NCBI GenBank assembly: GCA_963668675.2
Contig: CAXXMB010000001.1
Location: 1,376,001-1,440,000 of the forward strand
Reading direction: 5' to 3'
DNA length: 64,000 bases
Source: an uncultured Desulfatitalea sp.
GTDB taxonomy: Bacteria > Desulfobacterota > Desulfobacteria > Desulfobacterales > Desulfosarcinaceae
Of the stretch, positions 59,484 through 64,000 are shown piece by piece. The stretch's first letter is position 1. Each line of letters starts with the position of its first letter. The translations under genes were made by a program, and so were the position numbers. The notes beneath the pieces are model-generated. The model made no database searches. It was given only the letters and a program-made list of their open reading frames with translations, and had not been told where the DNA came from.

Positions 59484-60053
59484 CTATTTGCCCGACGCTG
59501 TATTGACATGGCGCTCGATCAGCATGGCCCAGAAATGGAGCACAAAAATATGGGCCTCCTGTATGCGTGCCGTGGCGTCATCCGCGATGACGATGGTTGA
59601 TTCCATCATTGGCTTCAATGCGCCCCCATCTTTTCCCAGTAACCCCACGGTATAGAGTCTTTGTTCCCTGGCCAGTTCCACGGCCCGCACCACGTTGGCG
59701 GAGTTTCCGGAGGTCGATATGCCGATCAGAGCATCTCCTTCTCTGCCGAGCCCCTGGACCTGGCGTGAGAACACATCTGCAAATCCGTAGTCATTACCCA
59801 CCGCGGTTAATATAGAGGTGTCCGTGGTCAGTGCAATGGCCGGCCATGCGGAGCGCTCCTGCTCGAAACGACCGATCAATTCAGCAGCAAAGTGCTGGGC
59901 ATCACTGGCCGAACCCCCATTTCCGCAAATGAGTATTTTATGGCCATCAGCAATAACCCGGGCCAGTCGATTGCCAATGGTTTCGATCTCTGCCGCCAAT
60001 GCGGGCAACTGCTCGAAGCATTCAAGATGGCGCTGCAATACCGTTGAAAACAT
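59484..60053 (-). CDS. gmhA: D-sedoheptulose-7-phosphate isomerase
   Basis: CGNGGSASDAQHFAAE, GNDYGF, ISTSGNS, RIQEAH; RBS AGGAG. Confidence 0.95.
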   Translation of the reverse strand: MFSTVLQRHLECFEQLPALAAEIETIGNRLARVIADGHKILICGNGGSASDAQHFAAELIGRFEQERSAWPAIALTTDTSILTAVGNDYGFADVFSRQVQGLGREGDALIGISTSGNSANVVRAVELAREQRLYTVGLLGKDGGALKPMMESTIVIADDATARIQEAHIFVLHFWAMLIERHVNTASGK

Positions 60054-60103
60054 ATGGACTCCTGGTAATTTCAACCTTTGGCTCTGCCGTTTCAGGCATA
60101 TTC

Positions 60104-61054
60104 TCATGCATATTCTGCATATTCATAGATGGTTGCCGCCAGCAGTGGTATCATGAGCTCATGGTGCCCGGTGATAGCAATACCACGTCCGCTTTGTTGC
60201 ACCGGTCGCTGCACGACATTGACGGTCGGTCGGTAGTGTTGAAACATGTCGAAATTGGCCGTCATGAAATCGATAGGCCCTTCGCTCAAGTTGCGCGCAA
60301 CTGCAAGGGCTTTCAAAAAGACTTCTGGCATGATGACGGCACTGCCGAGGTTCAAAACAACCCCCCCCTGCCCCAATTCGGTGACGGTTGCGGCCAGTAT
60401 CCGAAAATCGCGCAAAGATGCCTCTCCAATCGCCGCCCCGTCAGCAGTAGGGTGCTGATGGACAATGTCCGTGCCCAGAGCCACATGCAGCGTATAGGGG
60501 ATCTTCATCCGATGACAGGACGCCAGCAGGGCCCGCTCCAAATAAGGGGCATTCAGCTCCCTCAGGGTGGCACCGACCGCCTCTCCGAATCCCTCCCCCG
60601 TGCTGACCGCTCGACTGGCGGCACGGTTGATTAAATCGGCGGTGTCCGCGGCCATTCCGAATGAGCCATCGATGAGTTGCGCCGCCACGTCCTCTGAGGT
60701 GTGACCGCAACAGGCCAGCTCCGTATCATGAACGGCAGCGCTGCCGTTGGATGCAAAATGAGAAACGAACCCCTTGGCGGCCAGATCCGCCAGTATCGGA
60801 CCACATCCGGTTTTGATCACATGCCCGCCCATCATAACGATGACCGGCTTGGCGTTCACTTTGGCATCGACAACGGCTCTGGCAACGGCTTTTAGGTCAT
60901 CGGCTTTCAAAACAGACGGCAGACATTCCAGAAACTGCTTGAACGACAAACCGGCCCTTGGCGGCCGGCCCTCTATCGCGATTGTCACTTTGGAAGAGCG
61001 ATTTGCGGCCTTATATGTTTTCAGGGCGGAGAGATCCACCTCTTTGTATGGCAT
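60104..61054 (-). CDS. Conserved hypothetical protein, deoxyhypusine-synthase-like fold (tentative)
   Basis: MMGGHVIKTG, NGSAAVHD.E, GTDIVH, LNLGSAVIMPEVF, GHHELMIPLL; RBS AGGAG; first gene of the gmhA-hldE operon. Confidence 0.75.
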   Translation of the reverse strand: MPYKEVDLSALKTYKAANRSSKVTIAIEGRPPRAGLSFKQFLECLPSVLKADDLKAVARAVVDAKVNAKPVIVMMGGHVIKTGCGPILADLAAKGFVSHFASNGSAAVHDTELACCGHTSEDVAAQLIDGSFGMAADTADLINRAASRAVSTGEGFGEAVGATLRELNAPYLERALLASCHRMKIPYTLHVALGTDIVHQHPTADGAAIGEASLRDFRILAATVTELGQGGVVLNLGSAVIMPEVFLKALAVARNLSEGPIDFMTANFDMFQHYRPTVNVVQRPVQQSGRGIAITGHHELMIPLLAATIYEYAEYA

Positions 61055-61309
61055 AGTTGGCTCCTGTGAAAGTTGCATAGCTATTGAATCGGTATCACCA
61101 TTTACGCTTACTATGCACCTGGCATTTTTTTCAAGAGTATCGCTCTTATAGTATGCCATCCAATAGTTGGCAACGAATATCCCCGGCGGGCGATATCCGC
61201 TTTTTCCGTTGACGAACTATCAATCCAGGACCACTCTTCGAGGCCAATTGCCTGCTGTCATTTACAAACGAACGGCCATGGGTTAAATACGGGGCACCTC
61301 TCATGGCCA

Positions 61310-63100
61310 ATGACCATAGCAAAGATAAGATCAAAGGATAATTGGGTGAAGCCAACTTTCAAAATAAAAATCAAAGAGCGACACAGACGAATTCTGGCCT
61401 TGATAAAGAAAAATGTCGGACGTCTGGTTTTTGCCGGTGTGTGCAGCATCATGATTTCGAGCGCCACTAGTGCCTCGGGATATCTGATTAAACCGGTGAT
61501 CGACGACATCTTCATGAACAAGAACACTGCCGGCCTGGTCGTGTTGCCATTGGCGATACTGTTCGTATTTCTGTTCAAGGGTCTGGGGCAATACGGCCAC
61601 AACTATTTCATGAACTATGTGGGCGAGGATATCATCCGACAGCTGCGCAACCACCTCTACAGCCGGATTCAGGACCTGCCGATCTCTTTTTTTCAAAAAG
61701 AGCGCACCGGCGTGCTAATGTCCAGGATCACAAATGATGTCAATGTATTGAAAAGCATGGTCTCCACCGCGGTTTCCGGTATGTTGCGTGACACGACCTC
61801 CATCATTGGTTTGACGGGCGTCATTCTCTATCTGAACTGGCGCATGGCGATCCTCGCCTTTATCATACTGCCGGTGGCGTTCTATCCGGTCTTCATTCTC
61901 GGACGCCGCGTCCGCAAAATCAGTACGGGCTGCCAGGAAGCGATGGCGGAATTGACTGCATTTCTGCATGAAACGTTGGCCGGCACAAAGATCGTCAAGG
62001 CGTTCGGAATGGAGGCGCATGAAAAAGCCCGGCTGTTCGAAAAAACCCGGGAACTGTTCAATCTTGAGATCAAAGGTGTCAAAATCCGCGCCATCTCTTC
62101 GCCGCTCATGGAGGTGTTTGCAGGGATCGGCATTGCATTTGTCATTTGGTACGGTGGATGGGAGGTGATCAAAGGAAAAACCACTCCCGGCGCTTTTCTC
62201 AGTTTCCTGACCTGTGTGATTTTGCTCTACGAACCGGTCAAAAAACTGAGCCAGTTAAACAACGCCATCCAACAAGGGCTGGCCGCCACCGACCGCATCT
62301 ATGACGTCATAGAGACGCAGTCCGACATCGGCGAACCGTCCGATCCACACCCCATCAGGGAGGGTGCTCACAGCATCCAATTTAATAAGGTGCAGTTCAA
62401 TTACGGCGACAAACCGATCCTTAAAGGCATCGATTTGAACATCGAGCATGGCAACGTACTCGCCCTGGTGGGGATGAGCGGGGGCGGTAAAAGTACGATT
62501 GCCAATTTGATTCCCCGCTTTTTCGACGTCACCGGGGGTTCGATCTGCCTGGATGAGATCGATATAAAGAATTTCAGGGTTGCCGATCTGCGCAGACAGA
62601 TCGCCATCGTCACACAAGAACCGATCCTGTTCAATGAGACGGTCCGCGACAACATATTGTACGGCAACCCCAAAGCCGGGCAAGAGGAGATCCAGGCGGC
62701 CGCCCAAGCCGCCTACGCCCACGATTTCATAGAGCGTTTTCCCAAGGGGTACGACACCGTCATCGGAGAGTTGGGAGGGCGGCTTTCCGGAGGCGAGAAG
62801 CAACGCATCTGCATCGCCCGCGCGCTACTGAAGGATGCCCCCATTCTGATACTCGACGAAGCCACCTCGGCCCTGGACTCCGAAGCCGAAGGCGTTGTTC
62901 AGAAAGCGTTGGAAAATCTGATGCACGGCCGCACCACCCTGGTGATCGCACACCGGCTCTCCACCATTGCCGGGGCAGACCAGATTGCCGTGGTCGTCGA
63001 CGGACGGATCGTCGAGACAGGCACCCACGGTGAACTTCTAAGCAGTGGCGGGGAGTATGCCAAACTATATGCAATCCAGTTTCCCGGGAAAAACAACTGA
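61310..63100 (+). CDS. msbA: MsbA-like ABC exporter (lipid A flippase), fused TM + ATPase
   Basis: Six-TM N-terminal half, GMSGGGKST, LSGGEKQR, ILDEATSALD, IAHRLST; LPS gene context; start uncertain. Confidence 0.85.
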   Translation: MTIAKIRSKDNWVKPTFKIKIKERHRRILALIKKNVGRLVFAGVCSIMISSATSASGYLIKPVIDDIFMNKNTAGLVVLPLAILFVFLFKGLGQYGHNYFMNYVGEDIIRQLRNHLYSRIQDLPISFFQKERTGVLMSRITNDVNVLKSMVSTAVSGMLRDTTSIIGLTGVILYLNWRMAILAFIILPVAFYPVFILGRRVRKISTGCQEAMAELTAFLHETLAGTKIVKAFGMEAHEKARLFEKTRELFNLEIKGVKIRAISSPLMEVFAGIGIAFVIWYGGWEVIKGKTTPGAFLSFLTCVILLYEPVKKLSQLNNAIQQGLAATDRIYDVIETQSDIGEPSDPHPIREGAHSIQFNKVQFNYGDKPILKGIDLNIEHGNVLALVGMSGGGKSTIANLIPRFFDVTGGSICLDEIDIKNFRVADLRRQIAIVTQEPILFNETVRDNILYGNPKAGQEEIQAAAQAAYAHDFIERFPKGYDTVIGELGGRLSGGEKQRICIARALLKDAPILILDEATSALDSEAEGVVQKALENLMHGRTTLVIAHRLSTIAGADQIAVVVDGRIVETGTHGELLSSGGEYAKLYAIQFPGKNN

Positions 63101-63109
63101 CCCACTCTT

Positions 63110-64000
63110 TTGGAAACCACATTGAGAGATTCAGATAATAACAATCGGAAAACCCGTCTCTGCTTTTTCAATACGACACGCCACTGGGGTGGAGGCGAAA
63201 AGTGGCACTTTGAGACCGCATCCTATCTTGCCTCACGCGGGCACATGGTCCTCTTTGTGGTCCGCACGGGAGGCGATCTCCATAAGCGATTGGCCAACCA
63301 CCAGGAGATTAAAGTGGTCCCTATCGCCGTTTCCAACCTCAGTTTCCTGAATCCTCTCAAACTTCAGAAGTTGACCAGGATATTTCGAGCCGAAAAGCCC
63401 CAAACCGTTGTATTCAACGGCTCTTTCGATGTTAAACTAGGAGCACCGGCGGCCAGGATGGCCGGTGTGTCGGCAACTGTATACAGGCGGGGGTTGGCCG
63501 TTCCGGTGAAAAATACCCTCTTCAACCGCTTCCTGTATGGCCGGCTGATCACTCATTTCTTAACCAACTCCGATGCAACCGCCCATATTCTCTTTGAATC
63601 TCTTGTCGTTTCCAACCACACTGCAAAAACGCGTACCATATACAATGGCATCGAGCTTGGACGCTTCAAGCCTCCTTGCAGAGATCTCTCCCAAAACGAC
63701 CACGGCTCAAAATTGATCATCGGCACGGCCGGTAGATTGGAAAGAGAAAAAGGCCATGAGCACCTGCTTGCCGTTGCTCGCAGATTAAAAGAGCGACAGA
63801 TGGATTTTAAGATTGTTATCGCCGGAGAGGGGAGCTACCGTCAGCATCTTGAGAATCAAATTCACAATTCAGGTTTGGGGAAGGAGATTGAACTGCTCGG
63901 GTTCGTACCTGATGTGGAAAGATTCATGCAGCAAATAGATATCTTCGCGTTTCCATCCCTGTGGGAAGGGTTTGGCTATGCCACGGCAGAAGCCATGGCA
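63110..64000 (+). CDS. Glycosyltransferase family 4 (truncated by window end; absent from the ORF track)
   Basis: Manual translation: FFNTTRHWGGGEKW ... IYNGI ... AGRLEREKGH ... FPSLWEGFGYATAEAMA (E-x7-E); TTG start at 63110 or 63122. Confidence 0.9.
   Translation, partial: METTLRDSDNNNRKTRLCFFNTTRHWGGGEKWHFETASYLASRGHMVLFVVRTGGDLHKRLANHQEIKVVPIAVSNLSFLNPLKLQKLTRIFRAEKPQTVVFNGSFDVKLGAPAARMAGVSATVYRRGLAVPVKNTLFNRFLYGRLITHFLTNSDATAHILFESLVVSNHTAKTRTIYNGIELGRFKPPCRDLSQNDHGSKLIIGTAGRLEREKGHEHLLAVARRLKERQMDFKIVIAGEGSYRQHLENQIHNSGLGKEIELLGFVPDVERFMQQIDIFAFPSLWEGFGYATAEAMA

Noticed and set aside
1..64000. CRISPR arrays, IS elements, prophage genes, inteins, selenocysteine read-through
   Set aside because: No regularly spaced repeats, transposase/integrase or phage motifs seen; DnaB has normal length; no gene appeared interrupted by an in-frame TGA

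Overview
A 64-kb chromosomal window, most likely from an anaerobic Desulfobacterota (deltaproteobacterium, Desulfobacterales-like). This is inferred from the split atp operon (atpZ-I-B-E only), two sigma-54 activators, the yicC-remA-gmk order and a second dnaA-like gene. The left third (124-22017) is an accessory lipid/terpenoid catabolism region in two convergent blocks. The first is a sigma-54/PAS-activator-controlled atu-like operon: carboxylase in three parts, AtuE-like hydratase, AtuA, a DinB/TIGR03084-type protein, two acyl-CoA dehydrogenases and a CoA ligase. The second is a minus-strand beta-oxidation-type block that unexpectedly contains an orphan hypA and a Cys-rich Fe-S protein. The rest is mostly housekeeping: tRNA-Glu/Lys, trkHA, birA-bioY-ECF with a BirA operator, mpl, a GAF sigma-54 activator with a downstream sigma-54 promoter, hemL, a KptA/Tpt1-like gene, tRNA-Lys, rpsF-rpsR-rplI-dnaB-hflX-suhB, a divergent DnaA paralog, uvrA, atp F0 genes, pyrK, pgeF, comF, icd, rlmB, gmk, remA, yicC, Trm112 and LPS genes. 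No integrase, transposase, CRISPR array or rRNA was seen. Best leads are the anaerobic atu-like system with the DinB-family protein, the HypA/Fe-S/beta-oxidation operon, the DnaA paralog with an altered recognition helix, a deoxyhypusine-synthase-like gene heading the heptose operon, a degenerate Tpt1 and a JAB-like N-terminal domain on HflX. All family calls are from motif recognition by eye, with no database searches.
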